Positions 44,329 through 57,968 of a stretch of DNA of 64,000 bases are shown here, one piece after another. The position numbers and the translations under genes are program-made. The stretch covers positions 345,898,001 through 345,962,000 of the forward strand of contig OZ024743.1 of the NCBI GenBank assembly GCA_964016885.1, read 5' to 3'. Below the pieces are notes generated by a model. It was not told the origin of the DNA, searched no databases, and saw only the letters and a list, made by a program, of their open reading frames with translations. Position 1 is the first letter of the stretch; each line of letters begins with the position of its first letter. This DNA is from Eledone cirrhosa (lineage: Eukaryota).

Positions 44329-44878
44329 CATACATATATACATACATACATGTTAACTTTGGAAGGGTCATGTATGTATGTATATATGTATGTATGTCAG
44401 GTCACCAGTTAGTGCTACTGGCAACATGTATCCCAGTACAACCTGTCAAAGGGCAAAGGAGCTCTTAAGACTCAATGGCCATCCAAAATCACCGGGAGAT
44501 GTGACCCCTTAGCCTTTGTCAAGGCAGAATTCTAGGAGAAGGAAAACTCTGATATAACACATGAAACGTATCCAATGACGTTAACTTGTTCTTCTTTTTG
44601 GTAAATATCATCTTGGTTAAGAGAGTGGGACTTGATTTGTGCAGTGCCTTGCTCACTGTAAAAGCTTCACGGCACAGGCATTGCTTTATATTTGGAGATC
44701 TCTCATCACATGGGCCCAGCACTATGTGTCAATAATTGTCACAAGTGTAGTGTTTGTACCAGAGTATTCAAGTCGCTGGACTAAAAAGTCACACTTGTTC
44801 AGCGCATCGGTAGGGGTTCTCCTACATGGATATAAATTAGTGGCCGTACTCGAAAATGAGTTGGCAGCCACCACCATG

Positions 44879-44967
<89 letters not shown>

Positions 44968-45177
44968 ACATATATATATATATATGTATGAAACAGAAAG
45001 AGATATATATATAGAGAGAGAGAGGAAATAGAGATAGATAGATATATATAGAAAGCTAGGTAGTGGGACGACTGTTGAATAACGTATCAATGATACATTT
45101 ATTTATTTATTTATTTATTTAGCTCTAGTATTAATTTAGCTCTAGTATTAACATATATATATATATGTATGTATATT

Positions 45178-46062
45178 ATCGACCCCTCCCACCACTCCCG
45201 CGTCACCTCCGCCTTCTTCAAACCCACCTCCTCTCACTCCTTCCTCGACTTCACCTCCTCCCACCCTACACACACTAAACACTCTATTTCCTACTGCCAA
45301 CTTCTCAGGATCCGCCGCCTCTTCACCCGAGATGCTGACTTTGAGTCCCAGGCCCTTTCCCTAGTCAGCCATTTCATCGGCAGAGGTTACCTTTCCCTCG
45401 TCCACACCGGCTTCACTCGCGCCCGTGATGTCCACTACTCCACCCCCCTCACCCAACGCCACCGCACACCCACCCACCGTCTCCCCTTTCTCATGACCTA
45501 CCACCCTCCCCCTGCCCCTCCACCGCACCATCCTCCGCCTCTTCCTCCGCCTCCAGTCCGATCCCTCCACCTCCCACATCTTCCCATCCCCAAGACTCCC
45601 CTCCTTCAAACGCGCACGCAATCTCCGCACCCTCCTCGTCCGCAGCTCCCTAACCTCCAACACACGCACCCCCCCGGGTTCCCTTCCAGGCCTAGTTGCA
45701 ACACACGCCCCCACATCACCAACACCACCGCCTTCCAGAGTCACAACGGCCACTCTCAATCTGTCCGGCACGCCTTCCGCTGCACCTCCTCCAACCTAGT
45801 CTATGGACTTCGCTGCACGGAGTGTAACGCAACCTACGTCGGACAGACTGGACGTCGCCTGGCGGACCGTTTCACCGAACACCTCCGGGATATTCGTCTC
45901 GGCGGGAGTTCCACAATCGCCCGCTACTTTGTCTCACCTGGACATTCCGCGCATCACCTCACAGTCTGTGGCCTACTCCAATCCACGGACAACCCGACAC
46001 TCGCCTCAGGGTCGCACAACGCACCATCTTTACCCTACAGACCCACACTCCCCACGGCGTGA
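45178..46062 (+). pseudogene. PLE polyprotein C-terminal fragment with GIY-YIG endonuclease
   Basis: ORF 45169-46062; the VY-x-YVG and R..EH motifs are intact, the central part looks frameshifted, and the RT catalytic core is absent. Confidence 0.85.
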
Positions 46063-47325
46063 ACTCCCCACCCCTACTCCTTTAGCCTTCGACCGCCCTG
46101 TCCCCCCCCCCCCCACCCGCACGCATATCCCCCACTAACACCACTAACACACTCCTCCTTTTCACCGCCCACCGCACAACTAACAATGCTAACACCCACT
46201 CCCACCCCGACCACCTTCCCCCATCTAACAACACTAACATCTCCTCCACACCTTTCTCTACCTCTCCGCGCCCCACCCACACCCCTTCACACACACACAC
46301 ACATCCCACTAACACATCTACTAATACACACCCCATCCCCCCGCACGACCCCCTCCCCACCTCAACTTTCACACCTAGCCATCCTCTCCCCTCTCCACCG
46401 CACCTCCGCACACACTGACACACTAACTTTCTCCGCCTGTCATTCTCCTCTACTGCTGCTATGCCTTGACCCTCTGACCACTTCTACGCACACACAAACA
46501 CACATCCCTCTCCACTTGTCATTCTCCTCTACTCTCCTCCTGCCTTGACCCTCTGACCACTTCCTGTTGCGCGCGCACCCCACATCTCCCCTCTTCCGAC
46601 CAACACAACCACGGATTACACACCATTGGCCATCGTTCCCACTATCAACTCCAACACATGGAAAATATCCGGCCACTCACCACACCCTCTACGGAACTAC
46701 CTTAGGAACTTACCCACGGACATACACTCACAAACATTTTTTTTCGAACCACGCCACCTACATCCACAATACGTATAAACACCATACACACGTGCGTACC
46801 CTCACATATGTACACACTCAGCCTCCGGAATCCTCTCCCCCCTCCCCACCCATTTGACCCCTCCCCATCCACACACCCCGACCTACACCCCACCCCACAC
46901 ACACCTTTTCCTGAACATGGAACCTCGTTCTTCCCCCAACTCTCACATTCACATACACACACACACACGCATACTCACGTACACCTACACACATACACCA
47001 CCTTCAGCCCCTCCCGCTGGGACACCCCGCCTCCATTTCTCCACTCCAGTCGCCACCACCCATACCCGCCCACACCCTTCCACCACTTGTTTATCTTCAT
47101 GTTTATTTTTATTTTTATTTTTTTAATATTTATTTTTATTTGTACCCCTTCCACCGTTTTTCCTCCTTTTCCTCTCCCCCTTTTTTTCTAAATGTCTCTC
47201 CTCCACTCCCCCCGAAGAAGGGCTTAAGCCCGAGACGTCGTTCCCCACCATCCCCCACTCTCAAGAGCGTGAAACTAATAAACCTTTGTTCGTACTGCCT
47301 CTCTGTTTTGTTCCCGTTCCATTTT

Positions 47326-47330
<5 letters not shown>
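45178..47330 (+). mobile_element. 5'-truncated Penelope-like element (RT thumb, GIY-YIG, long 3' region, terminal repeat with HHR-like motif)
   Basis: FKPTSSHSFLDFTSSHPTHTKHSI..QLLRIRR and CTSSNLVYGLRCTECNATYVGQTGRRLADRFTEH; terminal CCGAAGA-A-GGGCTTAAGCCC-GAGAC; (TA)n at both flanks. Confidence 0.9.
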
Positions 47331-47398
<68 letters not shown>

Positions 47399-47459
47399 TT
47401 ATATTTATATATAAATACATAGTTAGACATTCACACATATATATGTATATACACATATA

Positions 47460-47489
<30 letters not shown>

Positions 47490-47497
<8 letters not shown>

Positions 47498-47990
47498 TAC
47501 AAATATTAATAAAATAGATGTTCTTTTGATCAATTACATTTTATTATACATATTTCGGATGTACAACAGTGCGTCCTCATCAGACAAAATATATTGATAC
47601 ATGACATACCCTGAGATGTTAAATGGTTAAGATTTAATCAAGGTAGTGATTAACCTAAGAGAAAATTTAACATGTATACCCTAATAATGGGAAAGTGCGA
47701 AAACGTAATAAATTCAATACAGAATGTGTGATCAAGAAAAACGTTGATTCATGTAACAATTACAGAGATTTTAATATGTATGATACTACAATTTATGTTT
47801 ATCTAGGAAAACATCTCATGAATTATAACAGTAAATGAGAGCCACTGGAATAGGATTTATAGAGAGGGAAAGATAAGGGGGGGGGGTAATATATTTTGTC
47901 TGATGAGGACGTACTGTTGTACATCCGAAATATGTATAATAACATGTAATTGATCAGAAGAACATCTATTTTATTAATATTAATATTTAT
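47490..47990. mobile_element. family B element with divergent inverted terminal copies, two intact HHR cores (47547-47583 minus, 47900-47936 plus)
   Basis: CTGATGAGGACG(C/T)ACTGTTGTACATCCGAAATATGTA on both strands. Confidence 0.87.
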
Positions 47991-48068
47991 ATTATGGAAA
48001 CAAATTTTTTTCGTAGAGTGCTTCCAATCTACTGTAAAACTCATTCTTTGATATACTCATTGAATCTT

Positions 48069-48114
<46 letters not shown>

Positions 48115-48302
48115 GTTGAGACATCACACAGAAAAAAACAACTTGGAAGCGAGGAGGTAGTACAAATGTTAATATTAGTTTCACGCTTGAGAGTGTGGGG
48201 GGGGGGGGGCGTTTCGGGCCTAAGCCCCTCATCTGGAGAAAAGTGGGCAGGAAGAGAATGAGTTCCGATGGTGTGTGGAGGAGTGGTGGAAAGACATTAA
48301 AT
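48115..48302 (-). mobile_element. solo PLE terminal repeat related to 47190-47320
   Basis: Minus strand CAGATGA-G-GGGCTTAGGCCC-GAAAC...CACTCTCAAGCGTGAAACTAATA. Confidence 0.75.
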
Positions 48303-48313
48303 ATATACATATA

Positions 48314-48349
<36 letters not shown>

Positions 48350-48459
48350 TATGTGTGTGTGTGTGTGCACACGCACAGAGCAATTGTATAGAGGTGAAAA
48401 CTCAATTATCATTTCCCTTATTCATTTTAAATAAGGAACAATAACAAATACGCAGATAT

Positions 48460-48782
48460 GTCATCATCAGCATCATCATCAAAATAAACGTTGTCGTCGT
48501 CTTTCTCGTCTTCAACATTTTCATTATTCCATTCATTAACATCATCGGCAACCATTTAATCGTTATCAGTAGTATCATCGTTCTCATCACTGTCAATGTA
48601 ATCATCATTATCATCATCATTGTTATCATCATCAGTGTCGTCACCAACAACATCGTTGTTATCATCATCTCATCATCAACGATTCATGGGTCGTAATCAA
48701 CATCAACATCATCATCATCCTCATCATAATCATCATATCAACTATTCCCGTGTCGTCATTAATATCATCAACATCATCAACA
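48460..48782. repeat. degenerate (ATC)n tract
   Basis: Directly visible. Confidence 0.85.
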
Positions 48783-48784
48783 GT

Positions 48785-48882
48785 ATAACTTTGCCTTTCA
48801 TCCTTACGGGGTCGATAAAATAAAGTACCAGTAATGTACTGGGGTAATGTTTGGCCTTGTGCCAAAAAGTAGAAACAATTAT
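48785..48882 (+). mobile_element. SINE family A 3' half
   Basis: Core and 3' end. Confidence 0.85.
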
Positions 48883-49190
48883 TTACAACATCAACATTAC
48901 CATACTTGTCACCAAATAATCAAAGCCAGCCCCACAGTCACCCCCACCACCACCATATATCATAACAGTACGATCATTGTGAACTCGAAACAGGTGTTTG
49001 TGTTTAGTCATTTTAGGCCGCCTGTTTACACATGATAACATCAATATACATTGAGTTTACAGTATGTGTAAATGCATATGTGTAGTTAATTAAGTTTTCT
49101 TATACACACAGTAGCACACATAAACGTAACGTACAGGTATATGATGTATCAGGCACACACATATTTATGTGTGTATGTATATACGTATCT

Positions 49191-49251
<61 letters not shown>

Positions 49252-49292
49252 CATACACAGAAACGCAAGTATATATATATATATATATATAT

Positions 49293-49636
49293 AGTGACGA
49301 AACATAAGTCAATTGTATGAACTCATAAACCTTTATTTACTGGTATATATATTTTGATAATAGCCATTGAATGGCTATGACCTTATCAGGCAGTTAGTCA
49401 GTTCTTAGATATGCCAGTTCTGTGTTTATAGTGTTGATGGTATTAGAGCCTTGGGACATATGGGATATATATATAGAAGTGGTTACTCAACAGTTAGTTC
49501 ACCATACCGAGAACAATTGTTTCACCTTAGAGGATCCTCAGCTCATAATGGACATGTTTATACCATTACAAGCTGAGGATCCGCTAAGTTTAAACATTTG
49601 TTCTCGGTATGGTGAACTAACTGTTGTGTAACCACT
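49293..49636 (-). mobile_element. PLE-like stub with degenerate HHR and 5' fold-back palindrome (49478-49636)
   Basis: Minus strand ACTGC-CTGATAA-..ATAGCCAT/ATGGCTAT..-AAAA-TATATA-TA-CCAGT; palindrome centred near 49557. Confidence 0.65.
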
Positions 49637-49696
49637 ATGGATATTACCTTCCGGTATTCTACCACTACACACACACACACACACACATATATATAC

Positions 49697-49782
<86 letters not shown>

Positions 49783-49974
49783 GACGTAAAATAAGAAAAT
49801 TATAAAAATTTACTTACTTACTAAAATTTCTCTCCAACTAGTTAGTTTCTGAAAGGGAATAAACATGGTTTCCGATTGGAACAACATGGAGAAATATCCA
49901 TAAGTATGAATATATATGTTGGTAGATATACGCACACACGCACACACACTCAGACACACACTCGCACACACGCG

Positions 49975-50055
<81 letters not shown>

Positions 50056-50069
50056 TTAGTTCATGTCAT

Positions 50070-50205
50070 TACCAATACAGAAGTCCGACAAGATTTTGAT
50101 TCTAGAATCGCGAGCCAAATCGATACAGATCGAGCCTTGAGCTGATCAATCGCGATACGCGCGTCATGCCCTAATAAAGGTAATGAAGATCTAACAACCC
50201 TTCCT
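50070..50205 (+). mobile_element. diverged single-arm copy of family C
   Basis: ATCGATACAGATCGAGCCTTGAGCTGATCA..ACGCGCGTC matches 15237-15283. Confidence 0.78.
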
Positions 50206-50244
50206 ATATATATAAATATACATATATATATGCACATACGAAAT

Positions 50245-50425
50245 AATTGTTTCTACTTCAGGCACAAGGCCAGCAATTAACCAGTGCATTACTGGTACTT
50301 TATTTTATCGAACCCGTAAAGGGCAAAGTTAACCTCGGCGGGATTTTAACTCAGAATGGAAAGGGGCGTAACTCTATGCTGCAAAGCATGGCGTCAGACC
50401 CTCTAACGATTCTGCCAAGTCACCT
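50245..50425 (-). mobile_element. SINE family A
   Basis: Near full-length reverse complement. Confidence 0.85.
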
Positions 50426-50842
50426 ACACATATGAAATAATGTATTCCTGTTTAAACTTTATGTTAAAAGCACAAGGATACTCGTGGGTGAAATGGTTTT
50501 CATTGCACCACACCAGATTATTTCGTCCAGCAACCTTATAAATAGTTAGTATCATGTATATACATATATCCACTCAAAATATCAGTTACATATACGCACT
50601 TAACTTATAAATACATGCCTCCCCATTTTATATATATACTTATTATATACATCTCTCTCTCTCTCTTTCTCTCCCGCTATCTGTCTATCTCTCTGTTTCT
50701 CACTCTGTATGCATGTAAATATATACATTCTTTGATAATGTCAGACTTTAAGATACTAAAATGCACGCCTACATGTTCGCATACATACATACGTGCATAT
50801 ATGCACACACGCACACACACAAATACACACACATACACACAT

Positions 50843-50904
<62 letters not shown>

Positions 50905-51441
50905 GCGTGTGTATGTCTTTGTGTGTATGCGTGTGTGCATATATATGTACATGCATATATGTATGTATGCAAATATGTAATGCGAACTCGCTTAATACAC
51001 ATTTGTGTGTGCGTATTTGTCAACATGTGTTAACGATATTAACTGTATACGTTGTATTTAAGTACGGTGTAACAAATATAAAGAATTTATAAGAACTTAA
51101 TAGAAGAGAACCGAAAGTCAAATAATAATAAAAAGACAAAAATTAAAGACAGTAGTTTGTATCTTTGAAATCGTTAGCCTAAGTCCCTACTATACCATTT
51201 CACTGATACACTTGTAAGCTATTCCGGCTGTAGCCCAGAATTATCACATCGCTTCGTCAACATATAGTCTTTGATCTTTGACCAGGGAAACCACTCATGC
51301 TATGATCGGCCACTGGTTATTGGTCAGTTATACGAAAGTAATTGGAATAAATAAATATCCAAATACATACATTATATAAAGAGAGGAGAGATTATTGAAA
51401 TGTTTGGAGTTTTACAAGGTAAAACTAAATGTAGTACCCTG

Positions 51442-51476
<35 letters not shown>

Positions 51477-52034
51477 ATGAATGTATGTGTATTTGTATGT
51501 TTATATGTTTGTATACCGACTCACACACACACACATACACACACATGCACATATATAGGTGTGTGTTTATATGTATGTTCGTATTTTCCTCACACAGGCC
51601 AACAGACTCGCATATACACACGCCTATTTTTAAGTATTATTTGGTCCAGTTAGGTAAATGGCTATATAATTGTATGTGTAAGGTAATTTGTTTGACTAAG
51701 TATTTTTGAAGTTATTGGTTAGTTTTACTGTGCAACCTTCTTCACAGAAGCGGTATTGTTTTCCTGGTCTTCATATATATATATTTATCTCATTATTTGT
51801 ATATGTTTTTTTTATGCCTTTACATTCTACTTGCAAAGATGGCGTCAAAGAGATTTAGCTTCACGTTTTGTGTTGAAAAAGTGTGTGCATTTGTATGTGA
51901 ATACATATATGCTTGTATGTGTGTTTGTATGTGAACATGTCTGTGTAAATGTGTGTTAAGCCATACAGTACTTTTGTTTATTGATATGCTGTATATTTGT
52001 AACGATGATAATGAAAGAGACAGTATTGCCTTGC

Positions 52035-52345
52035 AGATGACGACGATGATGATGATGATGATGACGATGATGATGATGATGATGATGAAGATAATGATGA
52101 TGATGATGATGTTGATGATGAAGGTAATGATGTTGGTGATACTGTTGTTTCTGGTATTGTTGATGATGATCATGATGATGATGAAGAAGATGATGATGAT
52201 GATGTTGCTGTTGATGATGATGGTGATGATAGTGAGGAAGCTGTTGTTGTTGGTGTTTATGATGGTGATGATGACGAGGAGGAGGTTGACGATTATTTTA
52301 TTATTTTACTGTTGATATGGATTAATAAGATGATTAATAAGATGA
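52035..52345. repeat. (GAT)n tract
   Basis: Directly visible. Confidence 0.92.
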
Positions 52346-52392
52346 TGAACTTCATTATCTTCATTATCATCACCATCAAAATTATTATCAAT

Positions 52393-52500
52393 AATTGTTT
52401 CTACTATTGGCACGAGGCCAGAAAAGTACCCAGTGCATTACTGGTACTTTATTTTATCGACCCCGTAAGGATGAAAGGCAAAGTTAACCTCGGTGGGATA
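52393..52500 (-). mobile_element. SINE family A 3' half
   Basis: Core reverse complement. Confidence 0.85.
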
Positions 52501-53804
52501 TGGCTATTACGATGATGACGATAATAACGAAGACAACAGCATTGGTAGCAATAGCGATGATAATGTTGATGATAACGATTAGTTGTAATTGAATAAAAAA
52601 TAGTCATCTTGTTCAAACAATATGGCCTGTTAAGTTATCTACTACACAACATAATGTACGTGGCATAAAAATCTGCCATAAACTCTCATTTAGGGGCAAC
52701 ATTCTTCATATATAGGATATTAAGTAACATTACGAAGCCTGGCTTTCCTTTGTAGTTACCGATATACTTTAACTCTGTGATACTATACACGTTTTACTAT
52801 TCAGACATGCAGGAAACGTTAGACAAGTGCTCATATATAAGATATATTACACTTACGTCTAACCCATAGATATTTTATTCCTTGAATTATATGGGTATTA
52901 AAATGAAATACAACATAACTTTGGCAATTTGAACCTAGCTGAGTTGAACCATCAGCATGTGTGGGAACACTTAATTTCATCCAGAAAGAAAGAAGCTTAA
53001 AAACAGACAATGCAATGGCAGGATAATGAAAAGAGAAATCAACCCTTGTACATGCGTGTTATGTGTTGTCATCTTCTAAGAGACGAAAGCCAAAGTTGAC
53101 CTCGGTATAATTTGAGCTGAAAACGCAGAGAATCGAGAAGAGTACCACAAAGCATTGCATATATATTTTTTTCTTCTTCTTCTTCTTCTTCTTCTTCTTG
53201 TACAACCCCCAACAAATGTGTGCTCTCTTCTTTTCCTTTTTTAACATTGTAACGTGCTATTCACTTCCAAACCTGCAGATTGTATATTATGCATCGTTAT
53301 CGAATGCACTGGTCATCTAATTTTCTCATTCTTTTACTCCGCAGTAACACATTTCCTTCTAAAACATCAGAATGAGCATCTTTGTTAGTTCCTTCAAATC
53401 TTACAGAATTAACTCAAATAGCCTTATCCAATTATCCCGATTGGTTTTCGAACCATATGTATTCGTAGGTGCTGTTTTTATATCCAGTCACTGTAGCATG
53501 ACGTTGACTAGGGTCATAAGAACTCATAGTCAGAGACCTAGTTTATTTCATATAGAAATCTTATATGCATCTAAACAAATTACACACTGCAAGCCCTCTA
53601 AAACTTCCTTAATTTATCGTAATACTACTGATCTCTCTCTCCGCTTTTGTTACTTGTAACTCCTGTTGGAGTTAGAGACCTGGCATTTTAAAGGCATTTT
53701 TAAGCCTATCTAAGCCCGTCCCCTCTCCAGGCCTGAGTGAAACATATTTCTTCCCGAGAAGGATAGAAAGTGAGAGAGAAGAAGTGAGAAAGAGATGTAA
53801 AGGA

Positions 53805-53970
53805 AGAATCGACCCAGTGACCAGTACTTGACTGGTACCTTTTTTATTGACCTCGAAAGGATGAAAGGCAAAGTTGACCTCGGTGGGATTTGAACTCAGA
53901 GAACAGCGAGCCGGAACGAATACAGGAAAGCATTCTATCTGATGTTCTAGTGACTCTGCGAATACGACGC
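53805..53970 (-). mobile_element. SINE family A relative
   Basis: GGATGAAAGGCAAAGTTGACCTCGGTGGGATTTGAACTCAG. Confidence 0.8.
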
Positions 53971-54579
53971 CTAATGCTACTGATACAATGAATAATTATG
54001 CCACCTCAAGCGGTAACTTGATTTGCTAGACATATTAGCTGTATTTCACTACTCAAATCACACATTCAAGGAAGGACATATTGCTTAATTTATATATCGT
54101 TTGAAAAATGCGGTTATTACGTGTAGATCTCATCCATTTTATTATAAGATTACCTGAGAGATGATAACATCGGACTCAACGATAACGACGACTTAGAGCA
54201 TTACTTTCACTCATCTCTTGATACTAAATAGATCAATTGGCTTTATGCTATCCACCGATCGCGCCGTATTTAGTCATGGCTGATTCCTTTGCTGAAACTA
54301 CATAGAAATCCGAATCTAAAATGAGAGCCTTGTATTGTAAGTCCACAATCTCTATATCCATCGAATATGAATAAGTATAAAATAAGCACAAGCATTACTG
54401 TATGTTCTCTGCAGACTAACTACTTCAAATATAACACAATATCAATAATAAAAACTTAAACTAACAATAGAAATACAAACTTGTGAAAAATTCAGAAAGA
54501 ATCACTGAATAAAGACTTGTAGTAAAGACAAAATGGAAATGCAAATAATTATGTCTTATTTCTAAATTTTGTGATGCCC

Positions 54580-55924
54580 GGGACACAAGATTATGCAAAC
54601 TCAGAAATAAGTCACGTTATATAAGCACCACTCAATCGTTTACATTTAAAGACAAAAATTATCTTACCAATCCCATTTGTTCTGCCTTCGATGACTGATT
54701 ATATACTTAAAAATAATGTGTTCCTACTCTGAAATAGAGCCACATTAAATTAGAAATATTATCACTGGTTTCTCTGATATAATATTGTTGTTTGCTGAAA
54801 GATGTAGTAAAGCTACTTCAATCATGATTCTAGCAAACAGGTAGAGCAGAACTGATAAGCAGAACGAAACATTCAACAATTGTATAGTGTTGTTTATTCT
54901 TATAGCGATAATTGAATAACCCAATTAGTTCATATTAAGAGTCAGATAGAAATGAATGTAGAATTCTAGATGAATTTACTCATCTCCGCATGTAAGAAAA
55001 CCATGAGTCACCGAGGTTCTTTTATAGTAAACTACTCAGTTGCAAGTATCCGGACCATATCTATAGACTGGTCTCAGAAAGTATATAGAAGAACATTTTA
55101 ATACCAAATTTGGAGACCTGGACACAGCAATGCGTCAGATCAGGAATATCATATTAGAATTAATTGTCTGTTTCTCAATCTAGTTTATGAACAATATCTC
55201 TCCTACAATGTATACATAATTTAGACGTAATGTTCATGAAGCTATATTTGTTTAGTTTTGTTTCTCCTAGAAATTGTCAGTGAGACGTATAGACATTTTG
55301 TGTATTCCTTCTATGACCACACAGCCATATATTTCTCGGAAAAAAATATGTAGCTCGGGGTGTATTGGGAAATAAACGTGGTGTATCATATATAACCACT
55401 TAATAATCCATACACGGTTGTCACAAAGATCTAAAGTCTATATGATAATGCAGGAGGCAGTGAAAATGTTTTTTTTTAATGCAGGTTGGGTCAGATATAT
55501 GTCGCTCTAGTAAAATGTGGAATTTATATTTAAATTCGCAAGATTTTACTGAAGAAATTTCCGATAGCAAATCTTACTCAGGCTACTGATTCAAAAGTCA
55601 TATTCTAACAATTCAAGCCAATAAGAATTGTTAGTTTTATCAGCTATTCAAGAAACTTACTGCTCACATGATAGTGCACATGTATTTCATATACATTAAA
55701 TGTGAGATCAGTTATAAGATCTATCTGTTTTGCCTGAGATAACATGTAGATCCATTTCCAGGTGTCATTTCAATAGGTTTTGATGTTGAAGATGACATAT
55801 ACAGACAAAGTTCACGTGAAGACAATTTTCATTGGTTGAGTATACTGGCAATGCTAGCTGAATTAGGAGTAATAACGTTTAACACATCGTCACAACATAC
55901 ACCAATGATAAGATGCTGCCACAC

Positions 55925-56022
<98 letters not shown>

Positions 56023-56250
56023 GGGATAACAAATAATAGTTATATGCAGTCCACTTAGGTGTAGTCCTTTCATGCCTGTATATCCTCTTCATTCTCGCAT
56101 GCTCCGAAGAACTGACTGGTTATAATTTTGTATTGGCGATCGAGTAACGTGAAAACAAGCGGAGAGCGATCTCTAGACCTACCAGTTCAGAGAAACAATT
56201 GTCAGCAATGAGATTAAAAACCTTTTTTGTATAGCAAACCATGTCAATCT
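54580..56250 (+). pseudogene. possible heavily decayed Helentron (Pif1-like helicase followed by AP endonuclease)
   Basis: GQIYVALVKC near 55490 resembles Pif1 GQxYVALSR; LNVRSV near 55697 resembles the AP-endonuclease N-terminal motif; other motifs are faint. Confidence 0.35.
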
Positions 56251-56359
56251 TCTTTCCTGATTTATATATATATATATATATAACGAAGGAAATGTGGTAA
56301 GGAACCAGGTGGACCATAACGCACCAAATTACTCAATACTTGGGGTAGTAGAGTGGGTA

Positions 56360-56466
56360 ATAGGAACAAGTAAGACCCCGACGGCTGAGCTCAAGCCGTT
56401 TCGACGGCTAATTCTGTAATTAGCCGTCGAAACGGCTTGAGCTCAGCCGTCGGGGTCTTACTTGTT

Positions 56467-56471
<5 letters not shown>
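56360..56471. repeat. perfect 54-bp-arm palindrome (4-nt loop) made of HHR 3' halves
   Basis: Arms 56360-56413 and 56418-56471 are exact reverse complements. Confidence 0.95.
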
Positions 56472-56499
<28 letters not shown>

Positions 56500-56506
<7 letters not shown>

Positions 56507-56828
56507 GTAGTTTAGAAAGCCACAACAAAGCAGATGGGAAATCTCGAGGTAAGAAGTGAGTGAGAAATAGGAGAAAAGTGAAAATGAAAATGAAAACAAA
56601 ACAAAGGTAGAAGGGTTACCGTAGAGGAGATTTAATCCCAATATTTCGGGCTCACGCCCATCAACGGGGGAAAAGTTCCAAAAGGGGGGGAACAGGCTAA
56701 GCCGGAGAAAGTTGTATTGTCGTTAAAACTTAGGAATGCCGTTATCACTTTTCTCCTATATCTCACTCACTTCTTACCTCGAGATTTACCATCTGCATTG
56801 TTGTGGCTTTCTAAACTATATATTTTAC
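56500..56828. mobile_element. PLE-like stub with about 80-bp inverted ends and a degenerate HHR (56641-56667 minus)
   Basis: 56500-56581 mirrors 56745-56827; minus strand CCGTTGA-T-GGGC-GTGA-GCCC-GAAA. Confidence 0.75.
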
Positions 56829-56862
56829 ACATTTCACAATGCTTCAAGCAAACTTTAACACC

Positions 56863-56908
<46 letters not shown>

Positions 56909-56913
56909 CGAGT

Positions 56914-56981
<68 letters not shown>

Positions 56982-57362
56982 CTGTGTATCTGTGTATCTG
57001 TGAGGGTGTTGTATGTAATTGGACACAGCAAGGCTAAATAGTAAAGAGTACGTTTCGCAACCATAATTTCCCAGGTTCGATGCCCCTGCCTAGCCTTTGA
57101 AATACCATCTAATAAAATTTACTTGAAATTCACACACTGTTTTTACAGTGAAAGCCACTGAGTATTATATTAGGGGTACACATGTATGTGGATTACTCAG
57201 CCACAGGCTCATCAATTTAACAAAAACATCGTTACATTGATGGAATAGCTGAAACACATACAAACACACACGGACACACGCACACATACACACGCGGGAA
57301 TAAACGCACATACACACACATAGACAGACAGGCACACACAAACACACACATATATATATATA

Positions 57363-57410
<48 letters not shown>

Positions 57411-57457
57411 CACACACATATATATATATATACACAAACACACACACACACACATAT

Positions 57458-57648
<191 letters not shown>

Positions 57649-57653
57649 AAAAC

Positions 57654-57815
<162 letters not shown>

Positions 57816-57834
57816 ATATGTAAATATATCAAAT

Positions 57835-57968
57835 GAGGTTCCTGATGATTTCTAATGAATGAAACAGTTCTAGTCCTGTAGAATCTCATCTATATTAAAA
57901 CTGTTATACTCTGCTATTTATTGAGTACCTAACTTACTGTGGTTACCTCCGATTCAACCCGGAATAAC

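Noticed and set aside
44395-44876. Microsatellite-flanked block of about 480 bp, probably an insertion
   Set aside because: Single copy in the window with no classifiable ends or coding motif
46074-47191. Pro/His/Thr-rich and Gly/Val-rich ORFs
   Set aside because: Consequence of the C-skewed PLE tail lacking stop codons
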